DNA of 64,000 bases from Staphylococcus sp. CAG:324 (GTDB lineage: Bacteria; Bacillota_I; Bacilli_A; ML615J-28; CAG-313). Of the stretch, positions 29,807 to 40,496 are shown piece after piece; within the stretch, counting starts at the first letter, position 1, and each line of letters begins with the position of its first letter. A program made the translations under genes and the position numbers. The notes under the pieces were generated by a model. It saw only the letters and a program-made list of their open reading frames with translations, did no database searches and was not told the DNA's origin. The stretch spans positions 85,800 to 149,799 of the forward strand of contig FR890815.1 in assembly GCA_000433035.1 (NCBI GenBank). The letters run 5' to 3'.

Positions 29807-30889
29807 GTGGTTATTGCTTTTAGCGGTGGAGGAACTTTGGGTCATATTACTCCTGCTTTAAGTTTTATTCAAGAAATAAAAAGTAGAAGTAAAAATGTTA
29901 AAATTATTTTTATTGCTACAAGTAAAGATGAAAAGTATGATATATTGAAAAATAATATCAATATTACGAAAATATATTATTTGAAGGCTTATGGGAAACC
30001 TACAAAAATAACAGACTACTGTAAAACAATCTATTATGATTTGAAGGTTTTATCAACCATTAAAAAGATTTTGAAAGAAGAAAAAGTTGATTTGGTAGTT
30101 GGAATGGGAGGATATATTAGTGGCATCAGTATTTATATAGCCAATAAATTAAAACTAAAAACCATTATTCATGAACAAAATAGTGTCATTGGCTTTGCCA
30201 ATAAAATAAATCTTAAAAAAACAGATTTGATTCTTACAACCTTTAAGAAGACGGTTGGGTTAGAAAAATATCCTTTTAAGACAAAATGGATTGGTAATCC
30301 TAGATATATGGATGCTTTAAAGGTCAAAAAAAGTGCTTTTTTAGATAAAAAAAATATTTTAGTAACATCTGGTTCTTTGGGTTCGTATCAAATAAATCAC
30401 GTCATGAAAGAATTTATGAATAGCCCCTTTGCCAAAAATTATACAATAACGCTGATTAGTGGAAAAAAATATTATGATGAGATCGTCTCTACTATTCCTG
30501 TTAGATTTAATTTTTTAATTAAACCTTTTACCAATAATTTATTAGAAGAAATAAGTAAGGCAGGAATTGTCATTGCTAGAGCCGGTTCTACCACTTTATT
30601 TGAAATTTTAGGCACGCATACGCCTTCTATTATTATTCCTTCTCCTAATGTAACGCATCATCATCAATACTATAATGCCAAAAGTCTATGTGATGAAGGA
30701 CTGATTCAAATGATAGATGAAAAAGATTTTGACTATTTAAGTTTAAATGAAGCACTTGATGAAACGATTAGAAAGTATGATTCTTATTTGGAAAAATTAA
30801 AACATTATCAAATAGGTGATGTAAATGATAAGTTTTATCAAGAAATCGTAAAAGTTATGAATAGGGGAGAAAAAGATGAATCAGATTGA
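29807..30889 (+). CDS. murG: UDP-N-acetylglucosamine--N-acetylmuramyl-(pentapeptide) pyrophosphoryl-undecaprenol N-acetylglucosamine transferase
   Basis: GTG start. N-terminal FSGGGTLGHITPAL glycine loop typical of MurG. dcw-cluster context. Confidence 0.85.
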   Translation: MVIAFSGGGTLGHITPALSFIQEIKSRSKNVKIIFIATSKDEKYDILKNNINITKIYYLKAYGKPTKITDYCKTIYYDLKVLSTIKKILKEEKVDLVVGMGGYISGISIYIANKLKLKTIIHEQNSVIGFANKINLKKTDLILTTFKKTVGLEKYPFKTKWIGNPRYMDALKVKKSAFLDKKNILVTSGSLGSYQINHVMKEFMNSPFAKNYTITLISGKKYYDEIVSTIPVRFNFLIKPFTNNLLEEISKAGIVIARAGSTTLFEILGTHTPSIIIPSPNVTHHHQYYNAKSLCDEGLIQMIDEKDFDYLSLNEALDETIRKYDSYLEKLKHYQIGDVNDKFYQEIVKVMNRGEKDESD

Positions 30890-31787
30890 AAAATTTATAG
30901 AATATGTGAACAATAATTTTTTAGGGGAGATACATACTCATATTTCTTTTAAAGATTTAACTACGCTTAAAATTGGGGGTCAAATCGCCTGTTTGTACAG
31001 CCCTAAAACCTTAGATGATTTATTGATTGGTTTTCGGTATTTAATTGAAAATAAAATAGCATATTTTATTATTGGCAATGGATCTAATGTGTTAGCAGCA
31101 GATAAAGATTTTGAAATGGTTGTGATAAGTTTAAAAAAATTATCTAAAGTGACTAAAATAACAAATAATAAATTTATTGTACAAGCTGGTATGAATGATA
31201 GTAAATTAGCAATGTCTTTAGCAAAACAAGGCTATACGAAAATTGAATTTTTAAGTGTCATTCCTGGTACTTTAGGTGGTGCTATTTATATGAATGCAAG
31301 TGCATATGGGGTGCAAATGAAGGATATTGTAAAAGAGGTAACTTATCTAACTGAACAAGGGACGATTCAAACTTACAAAGAAGAAGAATTAGACTTTTCT
31401 TATCGCCATAGTAAATTTCAAGATTTAAAAGGAATTATAGTAGGAGCCTTAATTGAGGTTGAAGAAGCCCATATCAAAAAATTACCGCTTGAAAAGATTG
31501 CAACTCTTAGAAGAAGAAAAAAGGAAACGCAACCTTTACATTTGTTATCGGCCGGTTCTACTTTTAAAAATGGTACGAATTATGAGGCTTGGAAAGTAAT
31601 TGATGATTTGGGGTATCGCGGTTATCAACTTGCTGGAGCAATGGTAAGCAATGCTCATACAAATTATTTAGTCAATACAGGTCATGCTACTTACTTAGAT
31701 ATGACGCAATTGATTTCTAAAATTAAATTAGATGCTCTAAATAAATACAATATTGAATTAGAATGTGAATGGGAAATTTTAGATTAG
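30876..31787 (+). CDS. murB: UDP-N-acetylenolpyruvoylglucosamine reductase
   Basis: FAD-binding N-term (TTLKIGG). SAGSTFKN and other MurB motifs. Overlaps the murG stop. Confidence 0.85.
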   Translation: MNQIEKFIEYVNNNFLGEIHTHISFKDLTTLKIGGQIACLYSPKTLDDLLIGFRYLIENKIAYFIIGNGSNVLAADKDFEMVVISLKKLSKVTKITNNKFIVQAGMNDSKLAMSLAKQGYTKIEFLSVIPGTLGGAIYMNASAYGVQMKDIVKEVTYLTEQGTIQTYKEEELDFSYRHSKFQDLKGIIVGALIEVEEAHIKKLPLEKIATLRRRKKETQPLHLLSAGSTFKNGTNYEAWKVIDDLGYRGYQLAGAMVSNAHTNYLVNTGHATYLDMTQLISKIKLDALNKYNIELECEWEILD

Positions 31788-31838
31788 CCCATTCCTTTTT
31801 TAATTTTAATACATACATTGTTTTAGGAGGTAAAAAAA

Positions 31839-32246
31839 ATGAATCAAAATTATTTAAATTTAATTAGATTGTATCAAAGTCAAAATCCTAATAATAGTAA
31901 AAATCTAAAATATTATGTTGCTATTGATGGCTTATCAAAAGGCAATATGGATGCAACTTTGTATGATCCTTTTGGAAACTATGTTCCAAGAAAACTTGAT
32001 GAAAACAATCCCTTAAATTTACTTAGAGCATATCAATTTGCTTTAATTGATTTGCAACTTTATTTAGATACACACCCAAATGATGTGGTAACAAAAGAAT
32101 TATTTGATAAATATTTAGATGAATACAATCAAGTGAAAAAACTCTATGAAGAAAAGTGTGGTCCACTTACACTTGATTCAGAGGCAAACAAAGGTAAAGT
32201 TTGGAAATGGCAAAAAGGTTGGCCATTTGAAGGGATGGGGAAATAA
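31839..32246 (+). CDS. cotJB: spore coat protein CotJB-like (with N-terminal extension)
   Basis: LYLDTHPNDVV...YGPLT segment matches the CotJB signature. Immediately upstream of cotJC. Confidence 0.55.
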   Translation: MNQNYLNLIRLYQSQNPNNSKNLKYYVAIDGLSKGNMDATLYDPFGNYVPRKLDENNPLNLLRAYQFALIDLQLYLDTHPNDVVTKELFDKYLDEYNQVKKLYEEKCGPLTLDSEANKGKVWKWQKGWPFEGMGK

Positions 32247-32803
32247 TGTTTTTATATGATAAAATTTTGGAGTATCCAGTTAATATTACGAAAAAAGATT
32301 TAAAAATGGCAAAAATTATTGCAAGTCAATATGGTGGACCACAAGGTGAACTTGCTGCCGCCATTCGTTATTTGAATCAAAGAGTAACAATGCCAGATGA
32401 GTATGGGAAATCACTATTAAATGATATTGGAACCGAAGAACTTGCCCATATTGAAATGTTACAAACAATGATGAGTCAACTTATGAAAGGTGCCACCATT
32501 GATGAAATTAAAGCAGCTGGATTAGATGCATATTATACAGAACATGGAAAAGATTTGTTTCCAGAAAATGCATCAGGAGTACCTTTTACAACTGCCTATA
32601 TTTCGGCAACAGGTGATGTCATTGCTAATATTGTTGAGGATATGGCAGCAGAACAAAAGGCAAGAGCCGTTTATGAAAATTTAATTAGACAAGCAACTGA
32701 TCCAGAAGTCATTCAACCCCTTTTATTCTTAAGACAACGGGAAGTTGTGCATTATCAAAGATTTTTAGAACTTTTAGAGCATTATAAAAAACTAGGATAT
32801 TAA
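32246..32803 (+). CDS. cotJC: spore coat protein CotJC (manganese-catalase-like)
   Basis: YGGPQGELAAAIRYLNQR, DIGTEELAHIEM, FLRQREVVH. Strong match to the CotJC/Mn-catalase family. Confidence 0.8.
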   Translation: MFLYDKILEYPVNITKKDLKMAKIIASQYGGPQGELAAAIRYLNQRVTMPDEYGKSLLNDIGTEELAHIEMLQTMMSQLMKGATIDEIKAAGLDAYYTEHGKDLFPENASGVPFTTAYISATGDVIANIVEDMAAEQKARAVYENLIRQATDPEVIQPLLFLRQREVVHYQRFLELLEHYKKLGY

Positions 32804-32821
32804 ATCAATAAATAAATAGGA

Positions 32822-32859
32822 AAAAGATGAATTTTAAAATCAAAATTCATCTTTTTTTC
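32822..32859 (+). terminator. rho-independent terminator
   Basis: AAAGATGAATTTT...AAAATTCATCTTT + T-run. Confidence 0.7.
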
Positions 32860-32991
32860 ATCTAAAATTTATCAGCAAATAAGTTTTAAAAAAATTAAAA
32901 AATGGTATAATTATATACGGCTATTTTGGGTATGAGAAGATTGAAATAGTCAGCTAAAAATAAAATATAACAAGTAGAGGAAAAAAAGATT

Positions 32992-34247
32992 ATGGCAAAA
33001 AAAGAAGATTTAGAAAACATTGAGAATCAATTAAGTACAGAAGACAAGTATCAACTAGCAAAAGAATGTATAGAAAAAGAAGATTATGAAAATGCAATCC
33101 TATACCTTGAACAATTGGCAAAAGTTGACTATGCACTAGCAGAATTTACGCTTGCTAACTTATATTTAGCAGGTCTTGGAGTTGCTAAAGATGAAAAAAA
33201 GGCAGCATATTATTTTGAACTTGCGGCAATGCTTGAATATGTAGAGGCACAAAATGCAATTGCAGACTGTTTTTATTTTGGACAAGGTGTGCCAAGAAAT
33301 TATCGTAAAGCTGTCTATTGGTATCGTCAAGCAACGAAACAAAATCATCCTTATGCAACCGAATCCCTTGCGAACTGCTATTATCGCGGTGAAGGAGTTG
33401 TTCAAAATTTTGAAGAAGCGATGAAATATTTTGAAAAGGCAGCTCAAATGGATAGTATATGGGCATTATATTATTTAGGAGAATGCTATTACTATGGCCG
33501 TGGGGTAGCCAAAGATGAAGCCAAGGCTGTTTCATATTATCAAAAAGCGGCTGAGGCTGGCAATACGCTTGCAGCATCTTCACTTGGTGATTGTTTTGCA
33601 TATGGTGAAGGAGTCAAGAAAGATTTTGAAGAAGCTGTGAAATGGTATACAAAAGCAGCTCTTGATGGAAATGAATGGGCTCAAAATAAACTTGCGAATT
33701 GCTATTACTATGGTGATGGAGTGGAACAAGATGAAGCCAAAGCAGTGGAATATTTTACAAAGTCAGCGGAAGCAGGTAATAAAAATTCAATGAATAGATT
33801 AGGTGATTGTTATAACTATGGTCGTGGAGTGGAACAAGATTATCAACAAGCAATCAATTGGTATCAACAAGCTGCCGAACAAAATATTGAAGGGGCTATG
33901 AATAAACTTGGTGAATGTTATCAATATGGATATGGAGTGGAACAAGATTATCAACAAGCAATCAATTGGTATCAAAAGGCGGTTTAGCAGGTCATCATAT
34001 TGCTAAATATAATTTAGGCAATTGCTATTACAATGGTAACGGAGTGGAACAAGATTATCAACAAGCAATCAATTGGTATCAAAAGGCGGCTGAAAAAGGG
34101 AATGGTTGGGCTCAAGATATGTTAGGAAGCTTTTATGAATATGGAAAAGGCGTAGATAAAGATGTAAATCTTGCTCTCTCTTGGTATCAAAAAGCGGCTG
34201 ATAATGGTAACAAACATGCTAGAACTCGTCTTTCAAGACTTGCATAA
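32992..34247 (+). pseudogene. Sel1-repeat (TPR-like) protein gene interrupted by a 1-nt frameshift near 33976-34040 (ORFs 32992-33987 and 33915-34247)
   Basis: About 10 Sel1 units (..G.GV..D...A..WY.KAA..). The 108-bp periodic DNA repeat ggagtggaacaagattatcaacaagcaatcaattggtatcaa occurs at 33826, 33934 and 34041. The second interval is 107 bp, one base short, and the frame change coincides with it. Confidence 0.5.
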
Positions 34248-34257
34248 TATAATAAAT

Positions 34258-34290
34258 AAAACACTGATAATAAATCAGTGTTTTATATCT
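34258..34290 (+). terminator. rho-independent terminator
   Basis: AAACACTGA...TCAGTGTTT + T-rich tail. Confidence 0.65.
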
Positions 34291-34474
34291 TTTCAATCAA
34301 AGATAGTTTCATTCGTATGAACGGATATAGTATTGGATAATAGATAGGAAAATATTGATTCTATAAAAATATCAATAAAAATGTAACTTTTAAAATCAAT
34401 ATTATATTAATTGAAAAAAAATCATCAATATGATATAATAATATAAATAGCATATTTAAAATGGAGGCATAAAT

Positions 34475-35671
34475 ATGAGTAAAATTATGGCAGTTAATGC
34501 GGGAAGTTCATCATTAAAATTTCAATTGTTAGAAATGCCTAAAGAAGAGGTAATAACCGAAGGTTTATTTGAAAAAATAGGGTTAAAAGATCCCCATTTT
34601 ACAATTAAATATCATGGTCTAAAAGAAGAAGAAGATGTTACAATTCAAAATCATCAAGATGCGGTTGAAATGTTATTAAAGGTGTTAATAGAAAAAAAGA
34701 TTGTACATTGCCTTGAAGAAATTTCTGGAGTAGGTCATCGTATTTTACATTGTGGTGAATTCTATCATGATTCGGTTTTAATGACAGAAGAATCTATTAA
34801 GAAGATTGAATCAGTGAATGATTTAGGTCCGCTTCATAATCCTGCTAATTTAATGGGAGTAAGAGCTTTTATGAAAGCTTTACCCAAGGTTCCTAATGTA
34901 GGGGTTTTTGATACTTCCTTTCATCTAACAATGGAAAAAGAAGCCTATATGTATGCAGTACCTTATGAATGGTATCAAAAATATGGTGTAAGAAAATATG
35001 GATTTCATGGAACATCTCATAAATATGTATCTTATGAAGCAGCAAAGCATCTCAACAAGCCCCTTGAAAGTTTACGACTTATTACTTGTCACATGGGCAA
35101 TGGTGTAAGTTTAGCCGCTGTTAAATATGGAAAATGTGTAGATACGACAATGGGACTTACACCACTTGATGGAGTTCCTATGGGAACAAGATCAGGGACA
35201 ATTGATCCTGCGGTGGTAGATTTTATTTGTCGTAAAGAAAATAAAACCGCCGAAGAAGTCAATCGTATTTTAAATAAAGAGTCTGGCTATATTGGTTTTT
35301 ATAAAAAATCAAGTGATGCACGGGATTTAAGAAAAGCTCAAGCAGAAGGAAATGAGTTAGCGGATTTGATTTTAAAAATGCAAGAAAAGAAAGTCGTTGA
35401 CTATATTGGTAGTTATTATGCTTATATGGGTGGAGTTGATGCAATTATTTTTACTGCAGGTATTGGTGAGAAAGCACCAGAAACTAGGTATAATATATGT
35501 GCAAGACTAAAAGAACCTTTTGGAATTGAAATAGATGAAGAAAAAAATCAAATAAAGGGTCAATTCTTAGAACTTAGTAAGCCTGATGCTAAAATTAAAG
35601 TTTTAGTTGTACCTACTAATGAAGAATTAATGATTGCACGTGATGTTATGAGAATTGGAAATATTAAATAA
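34475..35671 (+). CDS. ackA: acetate kinase
   Basis: MSKIMAVNAGSSSLKFQL N-terminus. HLGNG-like HMGNG motif. 398 aa. Confidence 0.9.
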   Translation: MSKIMAVNAGSSSLKFQLLEMPKEEVITEGLFEKIGLKDPHFTIKYHGLKEEEDVTIQNHQDAVEMLLKVLIEKKIVHCLEEISGVGHRILHCGEFYHDSVLMTEESIKKIESVNDLGPLHNPANLMGVRAFMKALPKVPNVGVFDTSFHLTMEKEAYMYAVPYEWYQKYGVRKYGFHGTSHKYVSYEAAKHLNKPLESLRLITCHMGNGVSLAAVKYGKCVDTTMGLTPLDGVPMGTRSGTIDPAVVDFICRKENKTAEEVNRILNKESGYIGFYKKSSDARDLRKAQAEGNELADLILKMQEKKVVDYIGSYYAYMGGVDAIIFTAGIGEKAPETRYNICARLKEPFGIEIDEEKNQIKGQFLELSKPDAKIKVLVVPTNEELMIARDVMRIGNIK

Positions 35672-35735
35672 ATTAGTTGAATTAATAGAAAAAGTATGTT
35701 ATAATAGCATACACAAATAAGTGAGGAGGAATACT

Positions 35736-36893
35736 ATGAATCAACCAAAAGATATGTTTTCAGCAAAACCGGTCTTAAAAGTTATTGGTGTTGGTGGCGG
35801 TGGTGGTAATGCCGTAAACCGAATGATTGATAATGATGTTCGTGGTGTGGAATATATTGCAATTAATACCGATTGTCAAGTGTTGAGATTATCGAAGGCT
35901 GAAGTTAGAATTCCTATCGGTACAGAACTTACAAAAGGTCTTGGGGCAGGTGCAAATCCAGATGTTGGACGTCGTGCAGCCGAAGAATCAGAAGCGGAAA
36001 TTAGGGAAGTCCTTAAAGATACCGATTTAGTTTTTATTACTGCAGGTATGGGAGGAGGTACAGGAACTGGTGCTGCTCCTGTTATTGCTAGGTATGCTAA
36101 AGAGGCAGGATGTGTCGTTGTTGGTGTTGTGACCAAACCATTTGGTTTTGAAGGAAAGCGACGTATGCAACAAGCTATTGTAGGAATTGAACAAATGCGT
36201 CCATATGTAGATACTTTGGTTATTGTACCAAATGATAAATTATTAGAAATTATTGGGACAAATACGACTTATTTAGATGCTTTTAGTGAGGCTGATAATG
36301 TTTTAAGGCGTGGTGTGCAAGGAATTTCTGAAATCATTACTTTACCAGGATTAATCAATGTAGATTTTGCGGACGTCAAAACAGTACTTCAAGGTAAAGG
36401 TACAGCTTTGATGGGAATTGGTATTGCTAGTGGGCCAAATAGAGCGGTTGAAGCTGCTAGAATGGCAATTAGCAGTCCTTTATTAGAAGTGGATATTAAT
36501 GGTGCAACCGATGCCATTGTTCAAATCACAAGTGATGCTGATATCACAATGAAAGAAGTGGAAGATGTAATTTCTGAAATTAGAAATGCTTCATCAACTG
36601 AAATTGAAATTATCCATGGTACAGGGTTTAATCTTGAATTAAATGGTGAGGTTGTTGTAACAGTTATTGCTACTGGCTTTGATACAATTAATAAAACGGA
36701 AACAGAAAATATTGTGAAAGAAGAAGAAGTGAATAGAAGTTATCAAACAACTCACAATACCTATAATTATACTAGACCACAACAAGAAACTGTCGCTAGG
36801 ACACCATATGTCGAAAGTGGGTCAACTAAAAACGATGCCAAAGAAACTAAGGAAACCAAAGTTCCTAGTTGGCTTCAAAATAGATTTAAATAA
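35736..36893 (+). CDS. ftsZ: cell division GTPase FtsZ
   Basis: [13 protein letters not shown] tubulin signature. GGGTGTG. Start at ATG 35736; the track's GTG at 35721 is the GAGGAGG RBS itself. Confidence 0.95.
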   Translation: MNQPKDMFSAKPVLKVIGVGGGGGNAVNRMIDNDVRGVEYIAINTDCQVLRLSKAEVRIPIGTELTKGLGAGANPDVGRRAAEESEAEIREVLKDTDLVFITAGMGGGTGTGAAPVIARYAKEAGCVVVGVVTKPFGFEGKRRMQQAIVGIEQMRPYVDTLVIVPNDKLLEIIGTNTTYLDAFSEADNVLRRGVQGISEIITLPGLINVDFADVKTVLQGKGTALMGIGIASGPNRAVEAARMAISSPLLEVDINGATDAIVQITSDADITMKEVEDVISEIRNASSTEIEIIHGTGFNLELNGEVVVTVIATGFDTINKTETENIVKEEEVNRSYQTTHNTYNYTRPQQETVARTPYVESGSTKNDAKETKETKVPSWLQNRFK

Positions 36894-36896
36894 ATT

Positions 36897-36921
36897 AAAA
36901 GCACCCTTTTGGGTGTTTTTA
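36897..36921 (+). terminator. rho-independent terminator
   Basis: AAAGCACCC tttt GGGTGTTTTT. Confidence 0.7.
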
Positions 36922-36974
36922 ATTTAGCAGTATACTTTTACAATACAAACTTAAAAATTTGAAAAGGAGTAACA

Positions 36975-37430
36975 ATGATAATTAGACAATATCAGTCATC
37001 AGATTGCGGAGAATTAGCAAAACTATTTTATAATACAGTTCATGCGATAGATCCAAAATATTACACGAAAGAACAAAAAAATGTTTGGGCAACCGGTAAG
37101 ATAGATTTAAAAAAATGGGATGAGTCTTTTCAAAAACACGATAGTTTGGTTGCTATTGACGAGGGAATGATTATCGGTTTTGGTGATATCAGTCATACAG
37201 GATATCTTGATCGTTTGTACGTTCATCCAAATTATCAAAACAAAGGAGTAGCAACGGCTATTTGTGATAGATTAGAGCAGAAAGTAACGGGAAGGATTGT
37301 TACACATGCATCTCTTGTTGCGAAACCTTTTTTTATAAAACGAGGATATAAAGTTGTTCAAATGAATCAAATAAAAAGAGGAGGCATTTTGCTTATCAAT
37401 TATACGATGATAAAGGATACATCCATATAG
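36975..37430 (+). CDS. GNAT family N-acetyltransferase
   Basis: 151 aa. Acetyl-CoA binding-type motif (YQNKGVATAI). Confidence 0.7.
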   Translation: MIIRQYQSSDCGELAKLFYNTVHAIDPKYYTKEQKNVWATGKIDLKKWDESFQKHDSLVAIDEGMIIGFGDISHTGYLDRLYVHPNYQNKGVATAICDRLEQKVTGRIVTHASLVAKPFFIKRGYKVVQMNQIKRGGILLINYTMIKDTSI

Positions 37431-37593
37431 CATTAAAATTATTCTTTCTTTTTATAAATAATAATGAAAAAAATATAAATACTATAATAGATAAGAACTT
37501 GCAATATTATATATCAATAAAATTGAACTTTATAGCGAAAAATGTTATAATATTAAAATGTATGGATATATATGAATATATTAGGAGAATGCG

Positions 37594-38304
37594 ATGTATT
37601 GTAAAGAGTGTAATTTTATTATGAGAGGTGTGGGAACGAAATGTCCTTATTGCGGTACCTACTTTGAAAAAGAACAGTTTTTAGATAAAAGAGTAAATTT
37701 ATTTAACTGGTTATTTTTAACCATTCGTCAATTACTTTTTATTGTTTCATTTAATATTTTTGTTATTCTAATGATTGTGGATATTATTTTAGTAAATGCA
37801 GCAGGAATAAATATTCATTTAACACCATGGGCATTTATTGTTCTTTTTAGTTTGTTGTTTTTTATTTGTGATTTTTTATTAAAAAGTGCCAATAAAAATA
37901 AACTGTTATTTTTAAAAAGTTTTACAATATTCATCATTTTTTCCATTTTAATGATGGTATCTTATCAAAATGAACAAATACTTAAAATAGAAATGGAAAA
38001 TAAAATATTATTGCTTGGATATTATTATCCACTAGTTATTCTCTTTGAATTTTTTGCGGGAATTGTGAGATTTTTAACTATTAAAAGATTTAATATTTTT
38101 TCAACATCCATATATGTTTTGATTTTAGTTATTTTTTCAACAGTTTTATTTATTCTATCTTTTGTATCTAAGATAGGGTTACAACAAATACCTCAAGCTC
38201 GTCTTTTGATATATATATGCTTTGCTATATCAATTGTTGTTGCACTAAATGTTTTGACTCTAACCATTTTAAAAATGCGTTCAAGAGTGAGTATTGAGGG
38301 ATAA
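37594..38304 (+). CDS. zinc-ribbon-containing polytopic membrane protein
   Basis: N-terminal CKEC...CPYC zinc ribbon followed by ~5 TM helices. Confidence 0.5.
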   Translation: MYCKECNFIMRGVGTKCPYCGTYFEKEQFLDKRVNLFNWLFLTIRQLLFIVSFNIFVILMIVDIILVNAAGINIHLTPWAFIVLFSLLFFICDFLLKSANKNKLLFLKSFTIFIIFSILMMVSYQNEQILKIEMENKILLLGYYYPLVILFEFFAGIVRFLTIKRFNIFSTSIYVLILVIFSTVLFILSFVSKIGLQQIPQARLLIYICFAISIVVALNVLTLTILKMRSRVSIEG

Positions 38305-38308
38305 GATT

Positions 38309-39157
38309 ATGAAAATAGGATTAGTATTAGGAGGCGGTTTTGCAAGAGGTGCTGCACAAGCTGGTTTTTTAAAAGGGTTATTAAATTACCTCAAACCAGA
38401 AGAAATAGCATTGATGTCTTGTTCATCTATTGGCGCAATGAATGGTCTTGCTTTATCAAATGATAATTTAGATTATTTGGAATATATGTATCGCAATAGT
38501 AATTTTCAAAACACGTCTAATTTAAAATTAAACTTAAAAAATAAGTTAGTTGATCAAGTTTTAGATGAACTTACCAATAATCATAATGAAATTAGAGTTC
38601 CCCTTTATGTAACTGGTACTTGCTTAAATAGCTTATCAACGCATTATTTTTATATTGATAACAAAACCCCTCAAGAGGATTTATATAAAGTGATTAATAT
38701 TACAGTAACTTTTCCATTTGTGAATGGGCTATATCGAAAAGAATATAAAAGATTGTATTTAGATGGTGGTGCAACTGATAATATTCCAGTTTTTCCCTTT
38801 TTTAGTTGTCATGTCGATTTGTTAATCATTTTACACTGCTATCCAAGATATTTACCACCATTAAAATTAATCAATAGCGATACAGTTGTATTAGATGTAG
38901 ATATTGCCGCAAGATGTGACAATGGTATTTCTACTTATTCATTTCAAACAGAAAATTTAAATAAAATGTTTGATGTTGGCGTTTTGTATGGGAAAGAATT
39001 TGGTCAAAAAGTTTTGATAGATCGCGATTTAAACAATATTAAAAAGCGAGGTCAAGCTTTTATGAGAGCGGAATTACCGATTAGAAAAATGCGCAAAGTT
39101 CCCCTTAGTGCAGCTGTTTTCTTTAATAAATTACAACAATCAAGAGGTTTTGAATAA
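38309..39157 (+). CDS. patatin-like phospholipase (nucleophile elbow degenerate: C-S-S-I-G)
   Basis: GLVLGGGFARGAAQAGFL oxyanion loop. CSSIGA (GxSxG with G->C). DGGATDN. ATG 38309 with GAGGG RBS. Confidence 0.7.
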   Translation: MKIGLVLGGGFARGAAQAGFLKGLLNYLKPEEIALMSCSSIGAMNGLALSNDNLDYLEYMYRNSNFQNTSNLKLNLKNKLVDQVLDELTNNHNEIRVPLYVTGTCLNSLSTHYFYIDNKTPQEDLYKVINITVTFPFVNGLYRKEYKRLYLDGGATDNIPVFPFFSCHVDLLIILHCYPRYLPPLKLINSDTVVLDVDIAARCDNGISTYSFQTENLNKMFDVGVLYGKEFGQKVLIDRDLNNIKKRGQAFMRAELPIRKMRKVPLSAAVFFNKLQQSRGFE

Positions 39158-40371
39158 TGAAGATTGGATTAGCACTGGCAGGAGGTGGTTCACTAGGGGC
39201 TTACCAAGTGGGCATCTTAAAATATTTAAAAGAAAAAAATTGGCATTTTGATGTTGTGACGGGTACTTCGGTAGGTGCAATTAATGGAGCACTGGTTGTA
39301 ACAGATGATATTGAAGAATTAGAAAAGTTATGGTTAGAAATTAGTAATGATAAAATTATGTTAAATGGTATGGATTTGAATAAAAAATTATTAACTGAAC
39401 TAAATCCAGATTATATTTTTAAATTTTTAAAAACGTTTGGTACGCTAAAGGGAGTCAAAATTACTCCTTTTAAAGAACTGTGTAAAAAGTATATCGATCC
39501 GGTTAAGATTCAACAAAGTGCTTGTGAATTTGGAACTATTTGTGTAGATTTTCCTAAACTAGTTGAAGAAAAAATTGATATGAAAAAGATTGATGAACAT
39601 TTGGTATTACCATTCATTCATGCTTCAAGTGCTTGTTACCCCGTTTTCCCAATTGAGAAAATCAATGATAAGAAATATATTGATGGTTTTTATAAAAATA
39701 ATTTACCTATTGATTTTTGTTTTGCTTTAGGAGCGGATAAAGTTATTGCAATTGACTTAGGAATGTTTGGTACTAAACCACAAAATAGTTATCTTATTGA
39801 TTTACCTAATGTCATCTATCTTAAACCTAAAATCAATCTTGGTTCTTTTATGGATTTTAGGCATGAGGTCATTAAAAAAAATATTCAAAGAGGCTATCAT
39901 GATGCCCAAAAGTATTTTAAAGAATTGTTAGGTTCTATATTTACGTTTTATCCAAGTCGTAATTTACAACTTTTAGCTCAAAAATTTATTCAGTATTTAG
40001 TAACCAATCAAAATGAAGAAAATAAAACGCTAATGAAATATTTAAATGAAATGATTAAAAAACATAATTATCAAGTTGTAGATGAAATAACTTATTTGCT
40101 TTTTGTTTTAGAGTTTATGGGTCTAAGATATGAGATGGATGATACAAAGTTATATCATTATCAAGACTTTATTGATTTGGTATATGACCTTGCTAAAGAA
40201 GAAGAGACCAAATCAGTCGTCATTGCGACAAAAAATAAAATGCGTAATTTTTATCAAAAAATAATGAAGATGCAAGAAGAAGAAAATTTAGAAGAATTAG
40301 AAAGTACCAACAAAATGGCTAAACTTTTTAATATTATTTATAATTTATATAATGGTAAAACGTTAGAATAA
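39157..40371 (+). CDS. patatin-like phospholipase
   Basis: GLALAGGGSLGAYQVGIL, GTSVGAING (GxSxG), IDGF (DGG variant). Start overlaps previous stop (TAATG). Confidence 0.75.
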   Translation: MKIGLALAGGGSLGAYQVGILKYLKEKNWHFDVVTGTSVGAINGALVVTDDIEELEKLWLEISNDKIMLNGMDLNKKLLTELNPDYIFKFLKTFGTLKGVKITPFKELCKKYIDPVKIQQSACEFGTICVDFPKLVEEKIDMKKIDEHLVLPFIHASSACYPVFPIEKINDKKYIDGFYKNNLPIDFCFALGADKVIAIDLGMFGTKPQNSYLIDLPNVIYLKPKINLGSFMDFRHEVIKKNIQRGYHDAQKYFKELLGSIFTFYPSRNLQLLAQKFIQYLVTNQNEENKTLMKYLNEMIKKHNYQVVDEITYLLFVLEFMGLRYEMDDTKLYHYQDFIDLVYDLAKEEETKSVVIATKNKMRNFYQKIMKMQEEENLEELESTNKMAKLFNIIYNLYNGKTLE

Positions 40372-40496
40372 TAAATAATATACCTGAAATATTATACAAT
40401 TTGTGGCATAAAAAGAGATTTTATAGTATAATAATACTATAGTTGTAAAATAAAGTCGAGGGAATAGACATTTATAGGAAAGGATGGAAAAATGAA

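Noticed and set aside
34475-35736. Absence of ftsA immediately upstream of ftsZ (ackA sits there instead)
   Set aside because: Gene-order variation of the division cluster is known in some Firmicute lineages, and ftsA may be elsewhere. It cannot be evaluated from this window.
35876-36136. 86-aa minus-strand ORF, unusually GC/Pro/Ala-rich
   Set aside because: It is the antisense of the glycine-rich GTP-binding region of ftsZ (GGGGGN/GGGTGTG codons), which explains the composition.
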